Notes under the pieces: generated by a model | The model's input: only the letters and a program-made list of their open reading frames with translations | Databases searched by the model: none | Told to the model about the DNA's origin: nothing | Origin: Ancylonema sp. | Lineage: Eukaryota | Assembly (NCBI GenBank): GCA_050230475.1 | Contig: JBFLGF010000192.1 | Coordinates: 1 to 52,330 of the forward strand | Length of the DNA stretch: 52,330 bases | Direction: 5' to 3' | Program-made: the position numbers and the translations under genes | Part shown: positions 15,570 to 29,193 of the stretch, piece after piece | How the letters are laid out: every line of letters starts with the position of its first letter | How positions within the stretch are numbered: the first letter of the stretch is position 1

Positions 15570-18500
15570 ATGGCGAATACAGTCACGAAACCTCTCTCCA
15601 CTCTGAACGTCGCTGGAAAATTTTGTCTAATTTTCTACGCTGGAATCTTAGGCGTGATTATCGCACTCATATCTTCTGCGACACTTTTCAATCGACCAGT
15701 GCCAGTGACGAACCCACTCGAAAACTTCAGAGCCGACTACCATACAGCGCTGAATAACGCCATTTTGTTTTTCGAGGGCCAGCGATCGGGAAAATTGGAT
15801 CCAGCCAAGATGCGAATCACGTGGAGAAACGATTCAGGCCTCACAGATGGATCAGAGGCGGGGGTGGGTGTTCGATCGCCATTCTGGAAAGGGATGTAAC
15901 ACTATTCGTTATATCACTAGTTTCCATGTTATGACATTCCCTTTTGCTCGACGGTCTTCAAGGACTATAAATCGATGGACACAAAAATATTTTGGCACAG
16001 TTCAGCATCTGATGCAAAGACGTGATTTAATAATGCCGTTGTTCATGCAATGGATGGTATTACAGTTGATGATGGTCAGGTGACATAACTAGCTCCAATT
16101 TTACTGGTCAACGTGTGCTTGTCGGCAAATTCATTCTACACGCAAAGTGAAAACGGGTCTGCTATTGATAATTTTAGCGAGAAGAGTTGTGGGTATTCAG
16201 TCGTGGGTATCTCCCCTTTATATCGTTAGTGGCGACCGATGCACCTGTCCTCTTTTTTTCTCTGACAGTTTAGTGCCAGCGTTGACTGGAAGGATTTTCA
16301 GTATCATAAAATTATTCATAGAATTTAGAATTTCAAATCAATATTTCCGGTCACTGGGGTTTTTTTGCACTCTGGTCGAAATCTCGTTGAAATACCGTTG
16401 ACACTGGGGTCGAAATTACGGGCCTGGATTTGCATCTCACCCAATTTCACCACCTGGCAGATCGATCTTGTCGGTGGATACTACGACGCTGGTGATAATG
16501 TCAAGTTTGGATTTCCCGGCGCGTACGGCATGACTCTGTTGGCGTGGAGCATCATTGAGTACGGCCAGGAGCTAACAACAGTGGGGCAGATGCACTATGC
16601 GCTGGATGCCCTGAAGTGGGGGACGGACTATTTGCTCAAGGCGCATACAGAGCCCAACGTCTTCTGGGTGGAGGTGCGTGGATAACGGGGGCGCGTTTAT
16701 CGTCGGGATTATTGTTTTTATGTTTTATAAGCCACTGTAAATGAGATGAATATTTTGCCGTCAGATCTATCAGAAGCTCCACGTAAATCGTACCCTTCTC
16801 TTTTCCAAGTGTGGACATAAAATGTACGCGTGTAGTTTTTTATCGTACAGAAGACACCCTGGGATTTTCAACGGTTTATTGACATACCCGTACGGTTGGT
16901 TGCAGGTGGGTGAGGGTCAGACCGACCACAAGTGCTGGGAGCGGCCGGAGGACATGGACACCCCGCGAACGCCGTATCAAATCAACGAAACGTTCCCTGG
17001 GTCTGACGTGGCAGGAGAGGCTGCGGCCGCACTAGCGGCTTCGTCGATGGTGTTCCAAACTATCGACGGTGTCTATTCAAAGACGCTGCTCAAGCATTCC
17101 AAAGAGGTAGAAGACTGGAAATATTTGAGAGAGAGCAGGAAATTCAGATGCTAATTGTTCATTCTCTTGTCAATTTTGGTAAATAAAAATAGAGTGTCAT
17201 GTGAGAACTCGTTTTATTCCCCCCAATCAATCAGATTGTTAGTTTGGTATACTCGTTCCAGAAGTTGATATGATAATATTATTTTTTTTAAAAAAAAGGG
17301 GGGGGGGGGGAGCCTATTATGCAGAGGTATAGTAGTAGTACCTTTCGCTTGAAAAGAGGACGAGATTGTTGAAATTAATTACACGACTGCCCAAACATAT
17401 AAGTATCGTTTTTATTCCCCAATGGCAGCATTTCACATTCGCGAGCACTTATCACGGGCGATACAATGACTCCCTTCCAGTCGCCACTCCTTTTTACGGA
17501 TCGAAGGCCTATGCGGTGAGATTGCGGGTCGTATCGAAATTATTTCACTCATTTTTGAACAAGCAAAATCTTCGAAGAAATATTGAAGGTTGGCCTTACA
17601 AGTCGTGTTTGAAGTATGTTTCACTTGTAATCGATTTGGATATCGATGACGATGACGCCCATTTCTTTTTGCATCAACGTAGTGACCATTCCCTTTGATT
17701 TTTTTTTCTTTGTCTTTTGTGATCACGTTTTTTTTCAATTTGAATGTCCATTCAGGATGAGCTTGTTTGGGGGGCCTCCTGGCTGTACCGCGCCACAAAC
17801 GACACCGAGTTTTTGGATTATCTCGTGGAAAATGACGATTATCTCGGGGGCTCATCGTTCAAAATTAATCAGCTGAATTGGGACGACAAAATCGGGGGCG
17901 CGCAGATTCTCATGGCCCGAGTGAGTAGTGCGATTTTTTGCATGTATTGATAGTCTCTCGTGCGTGATTTCATAGCGTGTATGTGGTAGAATGTTGTGAG
18001 CCGGCGCCGTGGTCATGCCGAAATGAGCCCATCATAATGCCCGAGAAGTTGATGAGCAATGCCATTGCATGTAGAGCACACGAGACACTTCTCGACGACC
18101 ACCAACTTAGATTTATAACTGAGACTTCCTTTACATTGTCCTCGTTTCATTTTTTTTCCGAAATAATCATCTCTCGATTGAGTCCCAAACGACATTTTCG
18201 TTTGCAATTCGATTGCTACAAAGACTTCAGATTCTCCGCATATATTTTTCCAAAGTTTTTTTTCAACGTGATCACTTGTTATTTGTCTCGTAGGTATACT
18301 TGACTTCCTCCTTCCCCGCCGGCAACCCCGCCACGTCGTTAACCCTTCAAGCTTACAAGAATATGGCAGATACCTTCGCGTGTCAAGTTTTACCGATGAG
18401 CCCGGATCTATACACAACCACCAGCCCAGGTATGTTATCTACTATATAACTAATATTGATATGAATCGACTTCCTATGAGACTCTTGTCAATCTAAAACC

Positions 18501-19797
18501 TTTGAAGGTGAGTCGCTGGTACATGGTATCAAAGCGGAACGTCTTCGCATATATTTGCACGAAATACGGTTCAAGATTGTCTATCGTTTCACCGAATGGA
18601 GGCGAACAAATCGTCGACGAAGTAAGACGACGAGTTACCAAAGATTCAAAACACAATAATCCAGCATTCAAAGTAAAACCGTTCTTTTTGTCGAAAACTC
18701 CACGATATGACGATGGAGCATGGAAAGATATCGTCTTTCTTAGCGCCTCTCAAACGATTCATTTATACATGAAACCCTTATGGAGACGCCCATAAATGTC
18801 TTTGTACAGAGGGTTTGTACTACATAGGCGCCGTGAACAGTCAGTACAGTATGGCGGCCGCGATGGCGATGTCAGTCTACTCCGACTACTTGCGGGCAGC
18901 CAACGAGACGCTTTATTGCGGAGGCAAACTTTTCTCCACAAAAGATATATTTGAGTTTTCCAAGTGGCAAGTAAGCTATTCGTTTTATAAAAATGGCACG
19001 GTTGTAATATGCTCATTGCTGAGATTGAATTCGATTGCTGGTATTTTTTATGAAGTTCGGATGTCCAATACTCATACAACAAAAAGAGTATGAAGTGTAT
19101 TGCACACGATGAAAGGCATTGATGTGGAGGACATCTGCGATTTTGATGTGGGCACAGATAGACTACGTGTTGGGCAAGAATATTGGGAAAACGTCCTACA
19201 TGGCGGGATATGGCGACCTCTACCCCCAAATGGTTCATCATCGCGGCGCTTCAATCGTGTCCGCGAATGTGAATGGCTCCAAAGTGACGTGTGAAGAGGG
19301 ATTTTTGAAATACTTTGACGTCTTAACCCCCAACCCCAACGTGCATGTTGGAGCCATCGTCGGGGGTCCCAATCAGGTAAATGATTTATATAACTCATGG
19401 CATTGGCTATGTTGTTGAAAAACAACACCCCCATGATCCTCCTAAGTCACAACATGGGAATTTCGTGTCAAAACATCTACTTCGTGCTTGTGTTGCTTTA
19501 TCGAATTGTTGGTCTTGCATCCGTGCGTGCGTGTGTGCATTTGAGATTTGTAAGTTTGCTATCGCTCTTCAATCAATTTGCAATTCTTTTGAATGTAGTG
19601 AGGGTAGAACATCTACAATGAAACAATCTCAAACACAATCATCGTGGACTCTTGATGCGTACAGAACGATTCGTGGGTTGACATGCGAGCCCTTCATGAC
19701 TACTTGGAGCCGACCATATACACCAACGCAGCCGCTGTTGGGGTTCTTGCGAAGTTGGCAAGTCTTCATGGAGACCAGATTTAGGGAAAGTGATTAG
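15570..19797 (+). CDS. Glycoside hydrolase family 9 endo-1,4-beta-glucanase with N-terminal hydrophobic anchor/signal, no C-terminal CBM49
   Basis: Nine exons: 15570-15863, 16461-16673, 16906-17106, 17429-17515, 17756-17920, 18294-18429, 18810-18970, 19157-19376, 19665-19797. Motifs [65 protein letters not shown]; catalytic Asp/Asp/Glu intact. Confidence 0.97.
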
Positions 19798-20815
19798 ATC
19801 GTTAAGTGGCACCTCGGAATGATTACAAACAACAATGTCATGTAAAGGGATTTGTAGACTAACATCATTCGAACAATTCGCGGTGATTCTCCTGTAGGGA
19901 GTCCTTTGTATGATAGTGCAAATGTAATTTTGTTCAGCAGTCCAAGTTCGTTCTACTTTGACTATAATGTCACGTATACCATACTTATCTTCATAACTGC
20001 ATTGACCTAACATATTATATGAAGTGGATGTGAACGTGATAAAACACCAATGATTCGTCCTTGCATACGCCACTCATGCTATCATACTATGCCACATATC
20101 GGATTTCTTACATCTCTTAACCATAAATCATCCGAGTTGTGACGCATACTTTGTCAACATATCAACATTATATTCGTATGTATATATACCGGGATTCATA
20201 CCGGGAAATTCGTATGTATATAAACCACTATAAAAATAGAGAAATCTGATTGTGGCAAATCCAGGCCACTCGAAATTAAAAAGCAATTTAACATACTCGG
20301 ATGAGAATCATTGTAGTCATGGTACATTCCGTAGTCATGATTCATTGATGTCAAACATCGAAGTGCAAATGCTCAATTGAATTATTGCTATCCCGACAGT
20401 TGATGAGTAGAAAATAACTTTCCTCTCATCCCCATCAAAAATGGTTGGAAAATACATAATGTACAACGGTAGTTAATTGGAAGGAGAAAAAACCACTTCG
20501 TGTCACAATTGTGGAAAGAAAACATTAAGTGTTAACGAGGTGAAAAAAAAACTAAATTTGACCAGACTAACAAAGCTAAAATATATTGTCTTAAAACAAT
20601 GCCGAAATTGTAAAAATCCATCAGACACTCGAAAATAGAGTTGAAAGTATTTAAAATTTTCCTAAACAATATCGACCATTTGCCACTCTCGAACTTCCTA
20701 CGCACCAATCTGAAACCATAAAGCCCCACACACACACCCTCCACTCTCTACTATGCTTTGAAAAAAGCAAACAAGCAACAATCTGGTTGAAAAAAATACA
20801 ATTGTAAGATGAAAA

Positions 20816-23800
20816 TTATTGTCTTTGTAATGGCTCATAGACCCAGCAACTCTCATCAGCATCCTCTTCGAGTCTGGAAGGGTGAGCTTTTGGCACGAGA
20901 GCTTCTCTCTGAAAATGAGACACACCCTTAGCCATTTCTGTTTGCTCCATTCCTTCCCTGCCAAGTCTGGCTTCAGTTCCCACCCCCACAGAAAGATTGC
21001 CAGGTTGTCCAGCCTGGCTTGTGCTAGATATGTTGTGCTCATCAACACTCAACCGAGCGATAGGCACTTTTATGCCACCTGAGTCCCTTCTCAGCCAGCC
21101 ATCCAGAGAGGGAAGGCTGTGTTTCTCCATTCGTGCTGTTTCAAACATCTTTGTTGACGCCCCTTTGGGGTACAACAGCGCAGCCCTCCTGTGCGGATTT
21201 TCTTGAAATGTATTTGCTGTTCTGGCTTCCAGCTTATTGTCTGCAAGATTCACGTATTCTGCCCCTCCATCCTCATCTTCCGCCTGATTGGACGTCCCAC
21301 TTCCTGTTTCGTACTCCTCCACCTCATCATCCTCCTCAAGAACAAGATCACTGCTCGAGTCTTCTTCATGATCTGCACTATCTACCCGGTTGCTGGCAGT
21401 ACCATAACTGTTGCCCCACTCTACCAGGTCAGCTGCCTCCTCATCCCTCGACCTCTCATCCAATATACGATCTAGCGCGATTTCTGAAAGAGACCTCATG
21501 CTCACACGCATTCCCGCTGCTGTTTCAATGAGAGTGTCCATTGGTACATCACAGTCCGCACACTCCCCAGCATCACCCTCACTTAAATCTCCGTCGTTCT
21601 CTTCCCTTTCCTCTCCAACATCATAGCCTCCCTCCCTCACAAACAATGGAATTGACGTCGGGAACTCGTCCTTGCCACCAGAAAGAGATAGCTCCTGCTC
21701 CACGAGCTGTGTCACAGGAGGAGGCGGAGCTGTGTAAGGCTGGGGCACCACCGATTCTGTTACAGGCTGCTGCGGCAGTCCAGTTAACGTGAAGCCTACC
21801 TGGCCGTTCCTGCACCCATCCATGCAGCAAACCGCCTGTGTAGCTTCAGGATAGTGCTCCACACCCAACTCCACAGATAGATTCCTTCATGGTATTCAGA
21901 AGTCTGATCTGCTATCCTTCCGATAAGGAACAGGAATATCTAGTGCATGCTTGAATCAGATGGAAATATTTATGAGGGCTGTGAAGAGGCTCTTAGAGGC
22001 TGACCCTCAGTATGGTGCTCTCGAGTTGTATGTCACAATAAGGTTTAGATGCAAGGAGTGTGGAGTGGCTCATATAAGTGTCTGGACATGCCCTCAAAGA
22101 GTGAAGAGAGGCCTTTGACTGTCCCGAAGGCATAAATGGATATGTCACGCAGCAAAAGGTGGACAAGAACTCATTGACTCTAAAACTTCCCATGTCAGCA
22201 ATGGAACTCTTGTGCCCCATCTTCCATGCTTCTCTTTCACGTGTTGAGAAGACTCACAGTGCTCTGCTGCCACAAAACAACGTCTTGAAGGTGAAGATGT
22301 GAAGTTTTGCCAGCCCCTTGCAGAGCAACCTGGTCAGATCAGGTCCAGCAGGGCCGCTGAACCGTCTACACACCTGCAGGCCCAGGTCGCCCAGACATCT
22401 TTCTCGGGCTTCAGGTACACATCACGAGAAGTAAACCATACTTAGTCGCAGATTACAAAATTTGAAAACAAGCTCCAACAATGTAGTGTAGGTAAACTAA
22501 TAATGCTCCCTAAAAGTTGATTGGTGAGTCACTTGTCCACTGGCTTTGCTGGCAGAGGTGGCACTATCTTCTTGCCGCTTCACGCTCACTCTCAGCACAC
22601 ACTTGCTTATTGAATGCAACATGACGAAGAAAATGAGAAAAATTTACGGGACCTGCATTAACTTATTATTTGCGAGAACCAAGTAAGAATCCAGGACACC
22701 AAGGCGTAGATGTGCATATGAAGAAGGATGACTGTACATTTATCTACAGATATGTGAGCGTACACCTGACTTGGCACTACTCCATGTACAGACTACTACT
22801 CCCCCAAGAAAATCCAGCCCAGATAGACCAGAAATTCGTACCTCCATACTTTCATCTCCTCGTGCAACAAAGGTCTCAGCAGCTGCATCAATCCAGCAAT
22901 CCACAAGTTTCCAGCAGGCAGTCACCTGCAAACAGTTAGGAGAAGAGCTTGGGAGCTGCCAGTATTAGAGGCATGCGAAAATTCTGTGGCGCTGAGTCAA
23001 ACGAACTACACCTGGAACAGCTCCTGGGTGATTTATCTGCTAACAAGATTTTTACGCGACTGAGATCTTGAACCAATAGAAAGCTCAAGCTTGACAGGCA
23101 CGACTGAAAATCCAACATGTTTTCTTGAACAGAGAAAGAGGAATGAGGTGCTGGAATCGTGCAGCTTGCTCTCACCTCCAGCAGGAGGTTGAACAAGAAT
23201 ATGGCAACCGAGATGAGTATCCTTGGAATTATTTTTGCGTACACAAAAATCGTGAAGGCCATGAACATGAATGAGACATACTGAGTGGAGTGGACGATTA
23301 ATCTGCACGGCAATAAGACACAGGGAGATTCAGTTGGTGGCGTCAGCAGAGTGAAAGCTAAAACAGCCGGGTCGGTGGTCTAGCCTGCTGGTCACATGTC
23401 GCCTGTCAGTGCTATGCTGGAAGTACTTGCTTGCACAAATACTGTCCAATGATTTTAGAAGCTGTCAGTAAAACACCTAGCCATAGTCCCTCTCACCCAG
23501 ATAAGTCTTCTACGGTCTGTATTCCACCGTTCAATATATGTGGCAGACACACACTTATAGTCACAGCAACCCAGTGGTAGCATCTCGAAACTGACGAAAA
23601 ACGTGCAAAATCCGCGTCGAACTTTTTAATCGAGCTGTCCATTTAAAATTCTGGGTGGCATCACCTGCAAGCATAGACCATTTACGAACAACAGATAGGT
23701 GTTTGACTCAGTTCAGTTGTTTACGGGATGTAGGTTGCGTTGCCTTCGCACGCGGAGTTGCCGTCTCATCATTCCATTTTTATTGTAAGAAGTTGAAAGG

Positions 23801-24407
23801 CTCGCAGGAAAAAGTACCTTGCTAAGACCGCCATTGATTACTGAATAACAAATAGGTGTCTGGAGTGGTAAAATCGAACTGGTATATACAGTCGAGCTGC
23901 AAGTGTGCTCCCAGACACCGTATCGATTTCTGCATAATCCAGATCCCAGAAAACAGTCACGTCCCGCAGTTTTGAGAATAAGTTGCCTCTGTATGATGTT
24001 CGATCAATCTGGCAGTAACCGTTGGTCTTGAGGTTGATCAACAGTGCTGATACATTCCTGCCGCAGGTGCTGCTTATCTGAGCGCAGTAAAAAAAGTAGT
24101 TATCAATTCTCCATAAATTTAATTAAACTGAATATTATTTCCCCCAAAAAACTTTGTTGAATTTGACCGAGCTAGCATCTACATGGGAATCAGCAAGAAG
24201 AGGATGCCTACACATATCAGCGGTGAGCACCAGGAATCCTGCGTCTACTCATGAGACGCAATGAGTGATGAGTGCCCTTACAATAACTGAAGCTACAGAA
24301 GCTAGAAGCTACAGGAGAGGGTGTTGGCGTACCAACGCTAAATCGGGGCCGTGGCTGGCATGTAACTCCCTTATCCTTTTCACATTTTCTCGCGCGGAAA
24401 GCGCCAT
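20816..24407 (-). CDS. Unidentified multi-exon gene (or decayed gene) with hydrophobic middle exons and a large acidic low-complexity final exon
   Basis: 352-codon ORF at 20816-21874; putative exon 1 24407-24333 (MALSARENVKRIRELHASHGPDLAL) joins in phase to exon 2 24077-23890 (...RDVTVFWDLDYAE...); further GT-AG-bounded open segments near 23300-23177, 22925-22842, 22410-22260, 21940-21800. A complete in-phase model could not be built. Confidence 0.4.
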
Positions 24408-25267
24408 CTCCGCGGCCTCGAATCCCTCGGAGTAAACCCTCGATATAACGTTCACAGAAAACCGATAAATCTGTCGATAATTCTGTCGATAATCTGTAAG
24501 AAGTTCCGTACTTTGTTATAAAATGTGCTTTGACCGTTTGCACGGATACCTACACACGACATAATTCCTAAATATTTTGGGCATTCCAAACTCTCGTTTC
24601 ACGCAAGAAGTACCATAATATACATTGTACGACGATGTTCACTAGGAGTTTGTGTAAATTTGACTGTCATCATATGGAGGGTCTGTGAACTCATATTGAC
24701 AGAGCATTTGTGCAGGTTTACCTTTACTGTTCGAAATTACATCGAGGTTCTCATTATACCAAGGGTCGTTATATCGAGGGTTAAACACAAGGTGGGGAGG
24801 CAAACGTGATGAAAGTAGGACTAGGGGGCAAAACCTACTTACCTCTGTCAACCATAGAGAACACCGCCCCGGAAATCCCCGAGATTTTTGCCTTAAGCGG
24901 AACCACCTCGGTCGCACGGACTATAAAAGGTCCGTGCAAGGTGGTGTCATATTTGTTTTGTGCCATTGCTCTTCCTTTCATTACCTTCTAGAGCATGTCA
25001 CGAAACATCTAGCTAACCCAATACATGGAGACGCGAAGATCATATAATTTGGCAAAGTAGTACACGAGAACGCGATGTGAACCTTTGACGTACGGCACAC
25101 TAGATAACCAAATATTGACTATTAAAAATTTAACTCTTCGATAGGAGAATCCAAAAAGCATCCTGTTGTTTTAAGAACATGCCGAATGCATCTTGATACA
25201 TCTTGATACTCTTCATGTGTGATAGAAACAATTGTTGTGTGACAATAGTTGGCCCTGAACATACAGC

Positions 25268-28200
25268 TCACACAGGCATTTGCATTGACAAAATATTATG
25301 TACACATGCTATTAACATCCGCTTTCTCATAACCCTATGTTGCACTAGTGCTTCACTTCGAACTCCCACACATTTTTGGGCATCACTTGTGATCGGATGT
25401 AGCCTAACATCTTTGCGGCATTGCGAGGTCGCTATTAATATCCTCCTATCACTTCCTATCGAAGTTTGATGAGCCACTAGTAACTCAATAGCCCTTATGG
25501 CGATTTGTAATTGAGCAAAAAATATTGCCAAAATCCCTTGCTCCTCTCTATAAGCTTTCACTATATTACCTCTTTCCCTAATCGCATGACAAAGTATCTC
25601 CTCTATATACGCTCTCAATTCCTTCGAAAGCTCCCGCCATCGCTGCCTACTGCTTTTCCTCTCTAAAATTTTGAAAACTACCTCACCGATTGCTACTAAT
25701 GAGGTTAAAGTTGTTGGTACATAAGAACCGACATCCTTCCCACACACATCTTCTGCAATTTTGAACCCGTATGCCGATCTCAATCTATCAACAAATCTAT
25801 GACACATCCTCGCCAACCCCGCCCTCCCCCACTCCCCCAACCGGTGTCCCGCTCCCTCCCCCACTTCCTCCCCCTCTCCCTCCTTCGACTCCCCACCCAT
25901 TTTCGACGCCCCTTCTCCCCCACCCTCCTCCCACTTGGCACTGAACGCAACCACGAGGTTGGGATCCACCAACCCCCTCGCCCTCACGTCCGGTCCTGGT
26001 CTGTATGGCATGTACTCATACCCCAAATCGCCCCACTCATTTACCAAATCCCACCAATGCGAGGCGTTTATTTTGGGTGCCATCCGTCCCCCTCCTCCGG
26101 ACCACTCTCGGAAACGCTTCATGGACGAGGACGCACGTGCGAAGGCGTCCGTGGGATCCGATCCGGAATCTGATCTCACACAGTCGTTCCTCGCAATTCT
26201 GAGAGCTTGATACGAATCCGATTCGCTCACGTCCCGATTCGGAACCCAACTCGGATGCTTGCAGACGCAATATGATTCCATTTGCCATTGGATGGCGGAC
26301 TGAAAATCCAACTTGACTCACATGAGCTGACCATGACTTAAAAATCATTGGGTTTATCAGAGGTGACTCAATTCTTTTTAATCTCAGTTATATATACTAG
26401 CCCTTTCTGTGTCTAACAACACCTACTTTGGCCCTACCCCCCCCCCTCCCCTCCCTTACCTCAAAATCTTTGAAGAGGGGCACCACATCAAAGGGGTTGT
26501 TCTCAAGCACAAAACCTGGAAGAGTCCAAACAAATGACCAAAAGTCATCGTGTTGACTCTTCGTTTTTGGGTGTCCATGGAGACAAGGGAAATAAATGTA
26601 CTCATTCATTGCTGTTGTCGTTTGCAGAAGTATGAGAATCAGACCTGATTCGTGTCACTTGAACCGTTCCTAAATTCCCAAAACAGAACACACTAGGATC
26701 TGTTATGAGTACGCTGTTCAAAATCAGGATCTGTTATGGGGTAGATATTTAATAAAAACAAAAACACATCATACCGATTCAGGTTGTTTGTTAAGTTGCC
26801 CCCCCCTCCTCACCATAGAACATCACAAGATTGTCATTTGATCGCGGTCCAAACGAACCAAGTACTTCTCCCCCAGCTTTAATATCTCTCCGCGCCACGA
26901 TCTCCACCTCCTCACCTCGAATCGAATCCAGACTCCACTCAGCCTGAAAGCGAAAGCGACAAAAGGAGCCCCCCCGTCCCCATGTTTTTCTCCCTCTTCG
27001 GTTTCTTGGCGATATGATTCATTCAGAAGTTTGTGTATCATCTCCTAAAGCGTGTATCGTACAGATCCTCACGTTATTGTCGTGGTGGTGGTTTATCATG
27101 TCCATAAACGGCATCAGCACAAACTCTCTCCCCCCTAGGGTGAACGAACGGCTGTGCACGACCGATACCGCCCACACTGCGAAACAAGATGGGAACATAG
27201 AAGGACAAACAAAAAGTAGTGATAAATAGTACTGAATGTAATGGGCAGCCAGCATAAACAACAACCAAAAACGTAACCAGGAGGGAACAAAACCAGAAAA
27301 AACAAAAAAACTGTTCGTCCACGCACCAAATTCCTCGAGTCCAAACTGTGGTCGTGCCAGCTCAGCATAGGCATCTTCCATCTCCTTCCTCATGCCTGCC
27401 AGCTGTCCCTCCGCTACAGGCCACTGCAGCTCCTTCCACAAATGGGGTGGGAGGGAGACCGGCAGGGGGGAGGAGGTTGGGAGAATTTTGATATAGGGGG
27501 ACCACGCTGACGTGGCGCCTTTACTTCTGCACCAGGAGAGGGACACGTGGCATCTTCAAGGGTTAATGACTGCTGCCCCAATCTCCGTCCACTCCGCCTG
27601 TCACTGACCGCTCATTCAGGAGATGTAGAGCTAGGGATGCCCAGCCCGGCTGGGTGGTTTCTGAGCGAGGTGTCTTCTGGGAAGGGGTGGGGGCGCTGAA
27701 CCCTAACTTGATATGGGGGATGGTGCAGATCCACTCCCCAGCCTTAATGTCCTCCACAGCCATCAAACCCCTCCCCATCTCTCCCTGCAGTCTTCCTAGA
27801 GTTAGATTCGAATCTGGATTTGGATTCGAATTTGGACTCGGATTCTTCGATGATAGCACGTAGGGTCCCCAGATATCAGCATCCGCACCCGCATCCGGGC
27901 CATCTGGATGCGGAGGAGTTTGTGTGATGTTGACTTTTTGGGATACTTTAAGGCCTCGCTCGCGGGCCCACTGAAGCAAGTGGAGGGGGGAAAGGGAATG
28001 GAGGATTATTTGTACAGATGGGTGGGGTCCATATGCAATTTTGATAATAAATATGAATTTCGAGTTCGATATATACGTGTCAGCAGGAATGTACTTGCAT
28101 CAAAAGGTAGGCAAACTGTTTTGGCATCGATTTTATGGTCCCGCATAATTCTGAGAGCTGCAGACTTGCTCCGAGCAGTCGGATTTTGACATCTACGACC

Positions 28201-28704
28201 AGGATGTGTATCGGATATTTTACTTTCTTTTCATGCAGTTGCATTTTGGATTTTTTTGTGGCAGGTATTGTAGTCAAGAGACAGGTAACATTATCGAAGA
28301 AGACACCCTTTTCAATCTCATGCCTGCAGTTCTTTGTGTTATATCCCCTTGATTCAAACAAGTATGGCGAGGATTGTCACGGTGTCTCATGATGATGCCA
28401 TGGTGGGCAAAGGTAGCTCTCGAACCTCAGTGAACTCGCGCACGTGATCCGCATGAAACGAATTCTCGTTTACATTGCTGACGTGAACAAAAGAGAAGAC
28501 GTAACACAGAGACAAGAATCCAAGGGCAACCAGTGGCAGTGCGATAACAGCTACCCCTGAAGAAACGAGCTTGCCCAGAACAGTTTTGCAAATGTCTGAA
28601 TGCCACGAAGTAGCCTTCAATCGCTGTCGCCTATTACTGCTTCCCCTCACACCGGCAGAGAGGAATTCCGAATGCGGAGACTGTTGCCCTCTTTTTATGA
28701 ACAT
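25268..28704 (-). CDS. Rubisco-LSMT-class SET-domain protein with substrate-binding C-terminal domain and N-terminal transmembrane helix
   Basis: Exons ~28704-28426, 27970-27860, 27785-27608, 27531-27325, 27176-27072, 26943-26813, 26515-26460, 26299-25268. Motifs FTEWARERG, GRGLMAVEDIKAGE, SAWSPYIKILP, WAVSVVHSRSF, LMPFMDMINH, GEVLGSFGPRSNDNLVMFYGFVLENNPFD, TSIGSDRRIL...HRVMRKRML. Confidence 0.87.
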
Positions 28705-29154
28705 GGTCGGATGATTTATGCAGCAAGCTACTGCAAGAGATCAGACGCGGCATCAGGTCCGTCAAGGACGCCCTTTTCGTTCAGCTGGTGATATGTTCCA
28801 CTTACGAAACCCGCGTGCTACGTGCCACGTTCCACGTGTCTGTCTGCATTCAAGCAACAGTTGACGAGCAAACAACCACATGGCTCGTCAGCTGTGGCGT
28901 CAAGCTGTAAGGTAGCTTTACGGTACAGCCAGGAGAGCAGGGACCAAAAAGCACAGCGGGTTACAATTGGGTTACCGAACAGCTTGAAGTGGGAAATCTC
29001 AGACCATCTGGCCAATCATAATTTTACTAATTCGAGGGGACCAATGAAAACGACATGTTCAATATATGATATCATCGGTCAACGCATGAACAAGGACGGT
29101 TGAGAAGTCGATCCTCACCTGTAACGAGTAGTTATCAACGACACGGAAGGACGG

Positions 29155-29193
29155 AGGCCCAGGGGCCCAGGGGCCCAGGGCCCAGGGCCCAGG
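29155..29193. promoter_or_regulatory. Tandem GGCCCAG array (site II-like TGGGCC on the minus strand) between divergent SET and TruA genes
   Basis: Five GGCCCAG units in a row in the ~830-bp head-to-head intergenic region. Confidence 0.4.
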
